The notes under the pieces were generated by a model. It searched no databases, was not told the DNA's origin, and saw only the letters and a list, made by a program, of their open reading frames with translations. A stretch of 64,000 bases of DNA, taken from contig JACOVG010000024.1 of NCBI GenBank assembly GCA_016177405.1, positions 7,079-71,078 on the forward strand. Reading direction: 5' to 3'. A program made the position numbers and the translations under genes. Each line of letters opens with the position of its first letter. Position 1 is the stretch's first letter. Below, piece by piece: positions 29,733 through 37,442 of the stretch. This DNA comes from Candidatus Omnitrophota bacterium (GTDB lineage: Bacteria; Omnitrophota; Gorgyraeia; 1-14-0-20-64-10).

Positions 29733-29969
29733 ATGAGCGGGAAAAGTAGCTGGGAGATGCCGGTGGGTAAGCTAAGCCGCGTGAGAGATTTTCTGCCTCC
29801 GCCTCATCGGCTTGTGGTGGAGGGGGAGATGGCGAAGGTGACCATAGCCCTTAGGAAATCGAGCGTCGATTTCTTTAAACTACAGGCGAGGAAGAATCAC
29901 ACGAAATATCAAAGAATGATCCGCGAACTGCTGGACCAGTACGCCTCCCACTACAGCCTGGCTGCTTGA
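29733..29969 (+). CDS. Ribbon-helix-helix / BrnA-antitoxin-like small protein
   Basis: The sequence MSGKSSWEMPVGKLSRVRDF...KVTIALRKSSVDFFKLQARKNHTKYQRMIRELLDQYA follows the BrnA/CopG-like pattern (beta-strand TIALR followed by two helices). No toxin partner is adjacent. Confidence 0.55.
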   Translation: MSGKSSWEMPVGKLSRVRDFLPPPHRLVVEGEMAKVTIALRKSSVDFFKLQARKNHTKYQRMIRELLDQYASHYSLAA

Positions 29970-30340
29970 TGGTTGGCCCCCTGGAGGGGGAGGCATTGCT
30001 GAAGTGTCAGGCCCAAGGCAGCGCGGCGCGGGCAGTAGACGCCTCCGATGATGCGTTGACAGGACCGCGGCAGAGACTCAGAATGATGAGCAATGATGCA
30101 GAAACCCAGCCGCGGCCAGCCCTGATGGCGGAACGCAAGGCGAAGAACCAGGACGGGGCGGACCGCCTCACAGTTACGCTGGCTCCCGGCCAGCGCAAGA
30201 TGCTGGAAACGATTGCGAGGGAGAACCATGTATCGCTCGCCTTCGTAGCCAGGCGGATGCTGTCCGATTTCATTCATGCTCACAGGAACAAGCGGCTACG
30301 CCTGTCGTTCGCCGAGACGCCCAGGAAAAGCGAGGCATGA
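29966..30340 (+). CDS. Ribbon-helix-helix (CopG/Arc/MetJ-like) DNA-binding protein
   Basis: The segment RLTVTLAPGQRKMLETIARENHVSLAFVARRMLSDFI is an RHH signature. An alternative start exists at the MM pair at 30083. The stop overlaps dcm. Confidence 0.55.
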   Translation: MMVGPLEGEALLKCQAQGSAARAVDASDDALTGPRQRLRMMSNDAETQPRPALMAERKAKNQDGADRLTVTLAPGQRKMLETIARENHVSLAFVARRMLSDFIHAHRNKRLRLSFAETPRKSEA

Positions 30341-31305
30341 GGAAACCGAAGCTGAGGCTCGTTGATCTGTTCGCAGGCATCGGAGGCGCCCGGATCGGCT
30401 TCGAAGCCGCCGGCTTCGAGACGGTCTACGCCAACGACTGCGATCCGAAGGTGGCGGAAGCCTACCGGCTGAATTTCGGAGAAGTCGACGGCGAGGAGCT
30501 TTTCAGCGTGATACGGAACGGAGGCATGAAGCGGGTGCCCAAGCGCTTCGACGTCCTGGCGGCCGGATTCCCCTGCCAGCCGTTCTCAGTCGCCGGGCGC
30601 AGGCGCGGATTTTCCGACGAAGGGCGGGGCGACCTACTCTTCGGGGTCGTAGAGATCCTGAAAGCCAGGAAGCCCGAAGCGGTTCTCCTGGAGAACGTGA
30701 AACATCTGAAGAACCACAACGACGAGAAAACCTTCCAGCGCATACAGGGGGAATTAAAGGGCGCGGGATACGCGATGAAAGCAGAGGTCCTGAACAGCCT
30801 GCACTACGGCAACGTGCCGCAGGCCAGAGAGCGCATCTACATCGTGGCTTTCCGCTCGCCGAGGACACTGATGAAGTTCCATTTCCCGGAGAGGATTCCC
30901 CTTTTGAGGACTATGCCGCAGATCCTGGAAAAGCACGTGCCCGAAAAGTACTACTACACGGAAGAAGACAGGTACATTTACCCCAAGCTGAAAGCGGCCG
31001 TCCGCCGGAAAGACCGCTTCTACCAGTACCGCCGCACCTACGTCCGGGAGAATAAAAGCGGCGCCTGCCCTACTTTGATGGCGAACATGGGGGCGGGCGG
31101 GCACAACGTCCCGATCGTAAGGGACGCGCAGGGCATCAGGCGGCTTACTCCCCGCGAATGCGCCCGGCTCCAGGGATTCCCCGAGTCGTTCGCGTTTCCA
31201 GCCGGCCAGGCCGACTCCCATCTGTACAGGCAGATCGGGAATTCGATGACGGTTCCGCTCATCGTCCGCCTTGCCGAAAACATAAGAATCGCCCTCGAGT
31301 CTTGA
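30337..31305 (+). CDS. dcm: DNA (cytosine-5)-methyltransferase
   Basis: C5-MTase motif I DLFAGIGG, motif IV GFPCQPFS, motif VI ENVKHL and motif X QIGNSM are all present. Confidence 0.92.
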   Translation: MRKPKLRLVDLFAGIGGARIGFEAAGFETVYANDCDPKVAEAYRLNFGEVDGEELFSVIRNGGMKRVPKRFDVLAAGFPCQPFSVAGRRRGFSDEGRGDLLFGVVEILKARKPEAVLLENVKHLKNHNDEKTFQRIQGELKGAGYAMKAEVLNSLHYGNVPQARERIYIVAFRSPRTLMKFHFPERIPLLRTMPQILEKHVPEKYYYTEEDRYIYPKLKAAVRRKDRFYQYRRTYVRENKSGACPTLMANMGAGGHNVPIVRDAQGIRRLTPRECARLQGFPESFAFPAGQADSHLYRQIGNSMTVPLIVRLAENIRIALES

Positions 31306-31314
31306 GCGCCCCCC

Positions 31315-31725
31315 ATGGCGGACACGTTCACGAAGCGGAAGCGGAGCGAAATCATGTCCCGCATCCACGCCAAGAATACGGGGATAGAAAGGCGCGCCTT
31401 CTCGCACCTCAGAAAACATCGCGTCCATTTCCAGGCCCACTACGGCAAAGCTCCCGGCAAACCGGACATCGCGGTTCCATCCAGAAAACTGGCGGTCTTC
31501 ATCCACGGCGATTTCTGGCACGGGTACCGCTTCTCCGCCTGGAGGCGCCGGATCCCCCGCGAATACTGGCGCGACAAGATAGCATCGAATATCAAGCGGG
31601 ACAGGAAGCACCGAAGGGCTCTGAAGCGACAAGGCTGGCGCGTCCTTAAGGTATGGGGCCACGAACTACTCGAAGATCCGGAGCTTGCCTGCAGGAAGAT
31701 CGCTGATTTCATGCGTACACGTTAA
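31315..31725 (+). CDS. vsr: Very-short-patch-repair endonuclease
   Basis: The Vsr signature KRSEIMSRI..KNT, PDIAV, AVFIHGDFWHG and GWRVLKVWGHEL is present. It lies immediately downstream of dcm. Confidence 0.92.
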   Translation: MADTFTKRKRSEIMSRIHAKNTGIERRAFSHLRKHRVHFQAHYGKAPGKPDIAVPSRKLAVFIHGDFWHGYRFSAWRRRIPREYWRDKIASNIKRDRKHRRALKRQGWRVLKVWGHELLEDPELACRKIADFMRTR

Positions 31726-31826
31726 AATATCATCCAGGGACTCCGTTTTTATCCCCTAGAATGATTCTCTGTATAAATAAATTACCTATTGACACAGGTA
31801 TTTACCCTGTGATACGGTGAGCGCAA

Positions 31827-32045
31827 ATGGACAGGCGCAGGGATAATTTCAAGAGGCTGGCGGCCTCAAGAACCAATGAAGTACTGAGGCGTTTGAAGAT
31901 ACTGGGGAACTGCGCCAATCGTAGCCATTACGACTACACGGAGGAGGAGGTCGCCAGGATCTTTTCCGAGATCGACAAACGGGCCAGGCAGGCGAGGGCG
32001 AAGTTCACCTTCCCGAGCGAAACCGGCGAGGAGTTCAGGATTTAG
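31827..32045 (+). CDS. Small hypothetical protein (72 aa), paralog of 35585..35833
   Basis: The segment FKRLAASRTNEVLRRLKILGNCANRSHYDYTEEEVARIFSEI aligns with FQRLATKRTQVALKRIGLVGNLTGPGYDYTPEQAAKIISAL in the downstream paralog. The stop is 2 nt before the GHKL gene. Confidence 0.5.
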   Translation: MDRRRDNFKRLAASRTNEVLRRLKILGNCANRSHYDYTEEEVARIFSEIDKRARQARAKFTFPSETGEEFRI

Positions 32046-32047
32046 CC

Positions 32048-33931
32048 ATGGCCAAGAAGCGTCCCAAAGCCGAGTCGGCTTTCCGAAGGACCCCTGAGCG
32101 GCCGGAGGGAAGCGCATGCTGGCTTTTCCCAAGCACCGATCATGGCGAGGACGATGGGTTCTCTGACTCGCAGCTGGAATACTTCCAGGGCGACCACGAG
32201 AGGCATGTCGCCAGGGAAACGATCCAGAACTCGGTCGACCAGCGCCTGGACTACAGGAGGCCCGTGTCGGTCGTATTCGAGCGCTTCGCCATGCCCGTCT
32301 CCGCGCTTCCGGGACACGCCAGCCTGCTTGATACGATGCGGCGTTGCCGGGAATTCGTAGCGGGCCAGGATAAAGCGGAACGCTTCTTCGATTCCGCAGC
32401 CAAGTTTTTAACCGGCACCCGGCTGCCGGTCTTGAAAATAAGCGATTCCAACACCTGCGGCCTCTCGGGCTCGGACATGGACAAAGAAGGCAATTGGTAC
32501 CGGCTGGTAAGGGCCGCAGGAACCAGTTCGCCGAAAGGCGTTGCGGGCGGATCTTTCGGCATCGGCAAAGGCGCGCCGATCGCAGCGTCGGCACTGAGGA
32601 CCGTCTTCTACTCCAGCATCAACGAAGCCGGCGAGCCGGTCTTCCAGGGGAAGTCCAGGCTCGTCAGCCACTACGACGGTGGCGGAGACGTCCGCCAGGG
32701 GGTCGGCTTCTACGGGACCGACGGCCACCGGGCGATACGGAACGCTGCCCTCATACCAAGCATCTTCGGGCGCAAAGAGCGCGGCACCGACATCTTCATC
32801 ATCAGCTACGCGATCGAGGGCAACTGGCTGGAGAAGCTCATCAAGCCGATCCTCTACAACTTCTGGCTCGCGATCCACCACGGCGACCTGGAAGTAACGA
32901 TCAGAGACGGCCGCGAAAAGACGATTTCGAAGGCGACCCTCGCGAAGGATCTCGCCGAACACGACTGCGGAAACGCGAGATTCTTCTTCGAAGCGGTCAC
33001 CAACCCGACGCAGACGTTTGAGAAAGACCTGCAGTACTTCGGAAACGCTTCCCTCTTCGTCAGGAAGCATCCGGATTACCCGAGCGAAGTGATGATGGTG
33101 AGGAAACCGCGGATGCTCGTCCGGGAGCGCCCGTTCCGCGCGCTGAGGGAGCCGTATGCAAGCGTGCTCGTATGCGACGACGACCGGGGGAACGACCTGT
33201 TGCGCGAACTGGAGCCGCCTGCGCACGACAAATGGGACAAGGCGCGCCACCCGGACGGGGAAGCGGCTCTGCGGGAGCTCGATCACTTCATCCGAAGCTC
33301 GCTCAAGAGCATGGGAGAGGCCGTTTCAGGAGAGCTCCAGGACATCCCCGGCCTCGACCGCTATCTGCCGGACAGCGACGACCGGGATCCGGCATTCCCC
33401 GGCGGGCCGGATGCCTTCGAGCCGTCGGAGCTCGCGACGTCCGAGGAGACGGGCCGGGAGGTGGGAGCGGCCGGAGAACCGGCCGAAGGATCGGTAGACG
33501 GCGTCCCGCGGCGGGCCGTCGTAGTGACAAGCCCGGCGGGAGGGGGGCGCCACCGAAAGGGCAAGAAAAGACTACGGCCGTCTCCTACGCCTCCTCCGGG
33601 CGAGGAAAAGGGGGAGGGGAAGCGCATCCGAACATCGGACATCCGCTTCAGGAGCTTCGTCCAGCGCGACGGCGGCGGAATCGAATACCGCGTCCTGATC
33701 ACCGGCCGCGAGCCCTGCGAAGGGGATATGCACCTCGTGGCAGTCGGAGACGACGGATCCTACGCCGCCGACGTGGAATCCGCGGTCGACGCCGACACCC
33801 GCGCTCCCTACCCGGTGAGCGGCCCAGCCATCCGGGGGCTGGCTGTAGGCAAAGGGGAAACAATCAAGCTGATCGTCCGGCTTGCATCGAACAAGAAGTA
33901 TGCGCTGGGGATCGAAGCTTATGAAGGTTAA
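32048..33931 (+). CDS. GHKL (Bergerat-fold, MORC/MutL/Hsp90-like) ATPase-domain protein, 627 aa
   Basis: The N-box ETIQNSVDQ, a G1-like LKISDSNTCGLSG and the G2 box GGSFGIGKGA are present. The C-terminal half is acidic and low-complexity, followed by a small terminal domain. There is no P-loop. Confidence 0.6.
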   Translation: MAKKRPKAESAFRRTPERPEGSACWLFPSTDHGEDDGFSDSQLEYFQGDHERHVARETIQNSVDQRLDYRRPVSVVFERFAMPVSALPGHASLLDTMRRCREFVAGQDKAERFFDSAAKFLTGTRLPVLKISDSNTCGLSGSDMDKEGNWYRLVRAAGTSSPKGVAGGSFGIGKGAPIAASALRTVFYSSINEAGEPVFQGKSRLVSHYDGGGDVRQGVGFYGTDGHRAIRNAALIPSIFGRKERGTDIFIISYAIEGNWLEKLIKPILYNFWLAIHHGDLEVTIRDGREKTISKATLAKDLAEHDCGNARFFFEAVTNPTQTFEKDLQYFGNASLFVRKHPDYPSEVMMVRKPRMLVRERPFRALREPYASVLVCDDDRGNDLLRELEPPAHDKWDKARHPDGEAALRELDHFIRSSLKSMGEAVSGELQDIPGLDRYLPDSDDRDPAFPGGPDAFEPSELATSEETGREVGAAGEPAEGSVDGVPRRAVVVTSPAGGGRHRKGKKRLRPSPTPPPGEEKGEGKRIRTSDIRFRSFVQRDGGGIEYRVLITGREPCEGDMHLVAVGDDGSYAADVESAVDADTRAPYPVSGPAIRGLAVGKGETIKLIVRLASNKKYALGIEAYEG

Positions 33932-34766
33932 TGCCAAATCCTATCCGCATCCGGTCCTGGGCAACGAAGACGATCTTGACGGCTCTTTCAGCGTGGACTT
34001 CCGCTACGAGCTGGGGAGGAAGGAAATCCTCTTGCTGCCTGCGTTCTCGATCAAAAGCCCGGCCATTGAGGAGCTCATCAGGAAGAACAGGGCGTCCTTC
34101 CTCGCCGAGGTGGAATGCCGGAGCACTTTTTTCAGGACATGCTTTTCGACCAGGAAACCACTCGAGCGCTTCTCCATCCCGGCGGCGCGGGTGCGGGAGC
34201 GGGTAACCGTAGGCTTCTATGTCTGCGCCGACGAAGACGTCAAGGGCTACCGGCCGAGCGGCTGCCATCCGGATTACGAAGGCGCCACGTTCGACGTGGA
34301 GAAGGGCGACGTGCTCGCAGCGGGGGGATTCTGCTCTTTCATAGCCGAGAAGGAGTTCGACCCCCTGCGGCCGCCGGTATCGTCTTTCATGGCCATCCGC
34401 GAGGGGCGGCACCACGAGGGCCTGATGGAGATCGATTACGACGAGGAAAAGATCGCAATCGAGCTGTCTAAAGCCGATTGGCGGGAATATGCCGGCATAC
34501 GGGGCCAGAAAGCTGCTGAGGGAGTCCTCCATGCCGCGATCGTCTTTCCCGTTCTGGTAAGCGCCATCCAGCACGTCCAGAATCCGAACTCCGACTACGA
34601 AGGCAAGAACTGGTTCGGCCGGCTCCAGACCATTCTTGAAACGAAGGGGCTCCGAGAGAGGGATCCTTTGGAAGCGGCCCAGAAGATCCTCGAAAACCCT
34701 GTTGCGAGGGCGCTGAGCGGCTTTTCCGCCCTGCTCGAACCGGGGAGCGAGCATGAGGACAGCTGA
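33921..34766 (+). CDS. Hypothetical protein (281 aa), component B of the GHKL cassette
   Basis: The ATG 33921 overlaps the GHKL gene stop (MKVNAKSYPHPVLGNEDDLDGSF...). No known motif was recognised. Confidence 0.5.
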   Translation: MKVNAKSYPHPVLGNEDDLDGSFSVDFRYELGRKEILLLPAFSIKSPAIEELIRKNRASFLAEVECRSTFFRTCFSTRKPLERFSIPAARVRERVTVGFYVCADEDVKGYRPSGCHPDYEGATFDVEKGDVLAAGGFCSFIAEKEFDPLRPPVSSFMAIREGRHHEGLMEIDYDEEKIAIELSKADWREYAGIRGQKAAEGVLHAAIVFPVLVSAIQHVQNPNSDYEGKNWFGRLQTILETKGLRERDPLEAAQKILENPVARALSGFSALLEPGSEHEDS

Positions 34767-35649
34767 AAGGCGCTGCCAGAAGATTTTCAGGCGGGCGGCC
34801 ATAGCGCGCCTCCGGTCCGAACTGCGGGACGGCAGGGCCCTGAAGGGGTACTTCGAAGAAACATTCAGGATCAAACCGAAAGAGGTCATGCTCTCGACCA
34901 TCGAGCTCAGAGGCAAGATGCCGAAGCTGAAAGCCCCAAAGAGGGACCCTGTATCGGCTGATCTCGAGAATGCGATCGCCCTGCATTCCTATTACTCAGG
35001 GTTGGATGAAACCCAGGCGTCCGACCCGCGCCTGTGGGCGTACCTGAGCCATGTCGAATTCAGGAAGTATGCCCTGGTCCGGTGGGGCCTAAGCGGCTCA
35101 TTCAAGGTTCTGCAGGGCGAGGCCGAAAAAATCAAGGCAATCAATCAGATCATCGACCACTGGTTCGTAAGCGGCAACGACCGCGATCTGCGCAGACACG
35201 CCATCGCCAGGCTCTGGTGGGCGGCGCATCTGACCTTCGCGCCGTGGGAGCGGGATCCGGAATTCTTCGCCGGCCTCAAGCGCAAGGATCCCTACCATTA
35301 CACGCGGGTCCTGCTGGCAACGCAGGACATCTACCAGCAAGTCCTGGAGCGCGCGATGGGGCGCTCCAACCGGATTTTAATCTCCATTCTGGATTATCTG
35401 GACCAAAACCCGGATTTTGCGGCGTCGCGGGAGCGGATACGAGGGTTCACCAAGGAGCTCAACCTCCTTTATGGGACGAAGAAACTGATCGGGCTGGACA
35501 GGGGCAGCCTCAGCCTCCTCATCGAGAGCGTGGCCAGCGATGCTGCCGGGGACGGAGCAGTTACAACGCAAGGAGGATCAGAAGATGGGCGCAGAGCAAG
35601 CAGTGCGGGCAGAAACGAAGGCGCAGCGGTTCCAGCGGCTGGCGACTAA
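34753..35649 (+). CDS. Hypothetical protein (298 aa), component C of the GHKL cassette
   Basis: The start overlaps the stop of B. The internal segment RLWWAAHLTFAPWERDPEFFAGLKRKDPYHYTRVLLATQDIYQQVL is followed by a low-complexity tail. There is no P-loop or nuclease motif. Confidence 0.5.
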   Translation: MRTAERRCQKIFRRAAIARLRSELRDGRALKGYFEETFRIKPKEVMLSTIELRGKMPKLKAPKRDPVSADLENAIALHSYYSGLDETQASDPRLWAYLSHVEFRKYALVRWGLSGSFKVLQGEAEKIKAINQIIDHWFVSGNDRDLRRHAIARLWWAAHLTFAPWERDPEFFAGLKRKDPYHYTRVLLATQDIYQQVLERAMGRSNRILISILDYLDQNPDFAASRERIRGFTKELNLLYGTKKLIGLDRGSLSLLIESVASDAAGDGAVTTQGGSEDGRRASSAGRNEGAAVPAAGD

Positions 35650-35833
35650 GCGGACGCAGGTGGCGCTGAAAAGAATCGGGCTGGTCGGCAATCTCACCGG
35701 CCCCGGCTACGACTACACTCCGGAGCAAGCGGCGAAGATCATCAGCGCCCTGCGCGCAGCCGTGAGCGCCGTTGAAACCAAATTCAGCCGGACCCGCGGA
35801 GCCAAGGCGTCGGAAGCCTCATTCACGCTGTAG
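35585..35833 (+). CDS. Small hypothetical protein (82 aa), paralog of 31827..32045
   Basis: This is the internal Met of ORF 35540..35833. It shares the RLA-RT..L+R..GN...YDYT.E motif with the upstream small protein and overlaps the 3' end of gene C. Confidence 0.45.
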   Translation: MGAEQAVRAETKAQRFQRLATKRTQVALKRIGLVGNLTGPGYDYTPEQAAKIISALRAAVSAVETKFSRTRGAKASEASFTL

Positions 35834-35912
35834 CATGTCTGCAGAATAGGCGGCCATTCGCGATTTTCTTTCTGATCGGCTAATTCGGGTCGCCTTTTTC
35901 TGGGCTTATACG

Positions 35913-36812
35913 ATGCCAATTGCAGAATCGAAGCTTTCCACGTGGGCTCACCAGGGCGCGATAACTGCAGCGCGCCAGACCTACAGGGCAATTCAAACAG
36001 CCCTAGAGGCCGGTTCGTCTTCCGTTGCCCCTAGAGGTTTCGAAGTCTACCTCCAGGGTTCTTATAAGAATGACACGAATGTCCGGAGCGACAGCGACGT
36101 AGACGTCGTCGTAGAGTTCCGCGAAACTTTCGGGAGAGACCTCGCGGCACTGCCGTTGGAGCAGCAAAGGGCCTACGCGCTGGCATATCAAGATGCTGCA
36201 TATAAGCTGGAGCATTTCCGGTCCGGCGTTTTAAGCGCGCTCCAAAACCATTTCGGGAGAACAGCAGTTTCCAGAGGAAGAAAATCCATAAAAGTCGCGC
36301 CCGCCTATCGGCTGCGAGCCGATGTCGTGCCCTGCATCACCTTCCGAAGGTATCTTTACTTCCGAAGCCTGGGCGACCAAAATTATGTCGAGGGAATCAG
36401 GTTTGATATACCGTCGGAAAACAACAGGACGGTCATCAACTATCCGAAGCGCCACTATGACAACGGCGTTGCCAAAAATAGTCCTGCCAGAACCAACGGG
36501 TGGTACAAGCACACCGTACGAATGTTCAAGAACGCGAGATCCAAACTGATCGACGGCGGAGCAATCGGGCAGGGCCTGGCCCCTTCCTATTTTCTCGAGT
36601 GCCTCCTATTCAACGTGCCTGACCGCTGTTTCGGAGGAGGAGATGAGGAAACGTTCTATGGCGTGCTGAACTGGCTGAACCAGGCGAACCTTCAGAATCT
36701 CAAATGCCAGAACGGCGTTGTAAACTTGTTCGGCGAATCTCCCGAGCAGTGGTCAACGAGCCAAGCATCCGAGTTGATCGGCGCGCTGGTCGGTCTTTGG
36801 AATAACTCGTAA
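35913..36812 (+). CDS. SMODS / CD-NTase-like nucleotidyltransferase (candidate CBASS cyclase)
   Basis: The motif LQGSYKNDTNVRSDSDVDVVVEF matches the GS-X9-13-[DE]h[DE]h pattern. A third acidic residue lies in the strand RADVVPCITF, and the helical C-terminus carries SYFLECLLFNVP. GC content is lower than in flanking DNA. Confidence 0.6.
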   Translation: MPIAESKLSTWAHQGAITAARQTYRAIQTALEAGSSSVAPRGFEVYLQGSYKNDTNVRSDSDVDVVVEFRETFGRDLAALPLEQQRAYALAYQDAAYKLEHFRSGVLSALQNHFGRTAVSRGRKSIKVAPAYRLRADVVPCITFRRYLYFRSLGDQNYVEGIRFDIPSENNRTVINYPKRHYDNGVAKNSPARTNGWYKHTVRMFKNARSKLIDGGAIGQGLAPSYFLECLLFNVPDRCFGGGDEETFYGVLNWLNQANLQNLKCQNGVVNLFGESPEQWSTSQASELIGALVGLWNNS

Positions 36813-36818
36813 CCCCGT

Positions 36819-37427
36819 ATGCATCCCTACAGCACTGACTCGAAAGAGCGGATATTCGTCCCCTTCTTCTTAGCCGTATTGAGCATCCTGGGTGCTCTGC
36901 TTTTTCACAAGTGGCTTGCCTTTCTAAGAATTGAACTGCCGTGGTGGTCTGAGGCTCCGTCCGTTATGGGTGTTTATGGATTATTCCACGGTTTCTTCGA
37001 TCGGGCGGCTTGGCGATGGCCTATCCTTCGGAAAATTGGCATTGTGAAGATCCCAGATCTAAACGGTTCGTGGAAGGGCGAAGCCGGTTCCTCTTTTGAT
37101 AGGCATAGCTCGGGGCGCGAGATAACCGTTGAAATCCAACAACGCTGGTCTCGAATTTCTGTGGTTTTAAGGGCGCCGGATTCCATTTCGCGTAGCTTGA
37201 TAGGCGGCCTTCTCACGGAGGATCCGATTGGAGCGATGCTCAGCTACGAGTACCTAAATGAGCCGAAATCTAATGCGCCCGCTACGATGCAGACTCATCG
37301 AGGGACGACTCGGCTAATTATCGGGGAGAATCTTCGAACGCTTGAAGGCGAGTACTATTCGGGACGTGGCAGAAGCAGCGCGGGGGTTCTCAACCTTAAG
37401 CGAATTACCCGGGATGGACGGGTCTAA
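36819..37427 (+). CDS. Two-TM effector-like protein (SLATT/Cap15-like candidate)
   Basis: Two N-terminal TM helices (FVPFFLAVLSILGALLFHKWLAF and SVMGVYGLFHGFF) precede a ~130-aa soluble domain. The gene lies 7 bp after the NTase gene. Confidence 0.55.
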   Translation: MHPYSTDSKERIFVPFFLAVLSILGALLFHKWLAFLRIELPWWSEAPSVMGVYGLFHGFFDRAAWRWPILRKIGIVKIPDLNGSWKGEAGSSFDRHSSGREITVEIQQRWSRISVVLRAPDSISRSLIGGLLTEDPIGAMLSYEYLNEPKSNAPATMQTHRGTTRLIIGENLRTLEGEYYSGRGRSSAGVLNLKRITRDGRV

Positions 37428-37442
37428 ATTTAAGAAGGAGCG

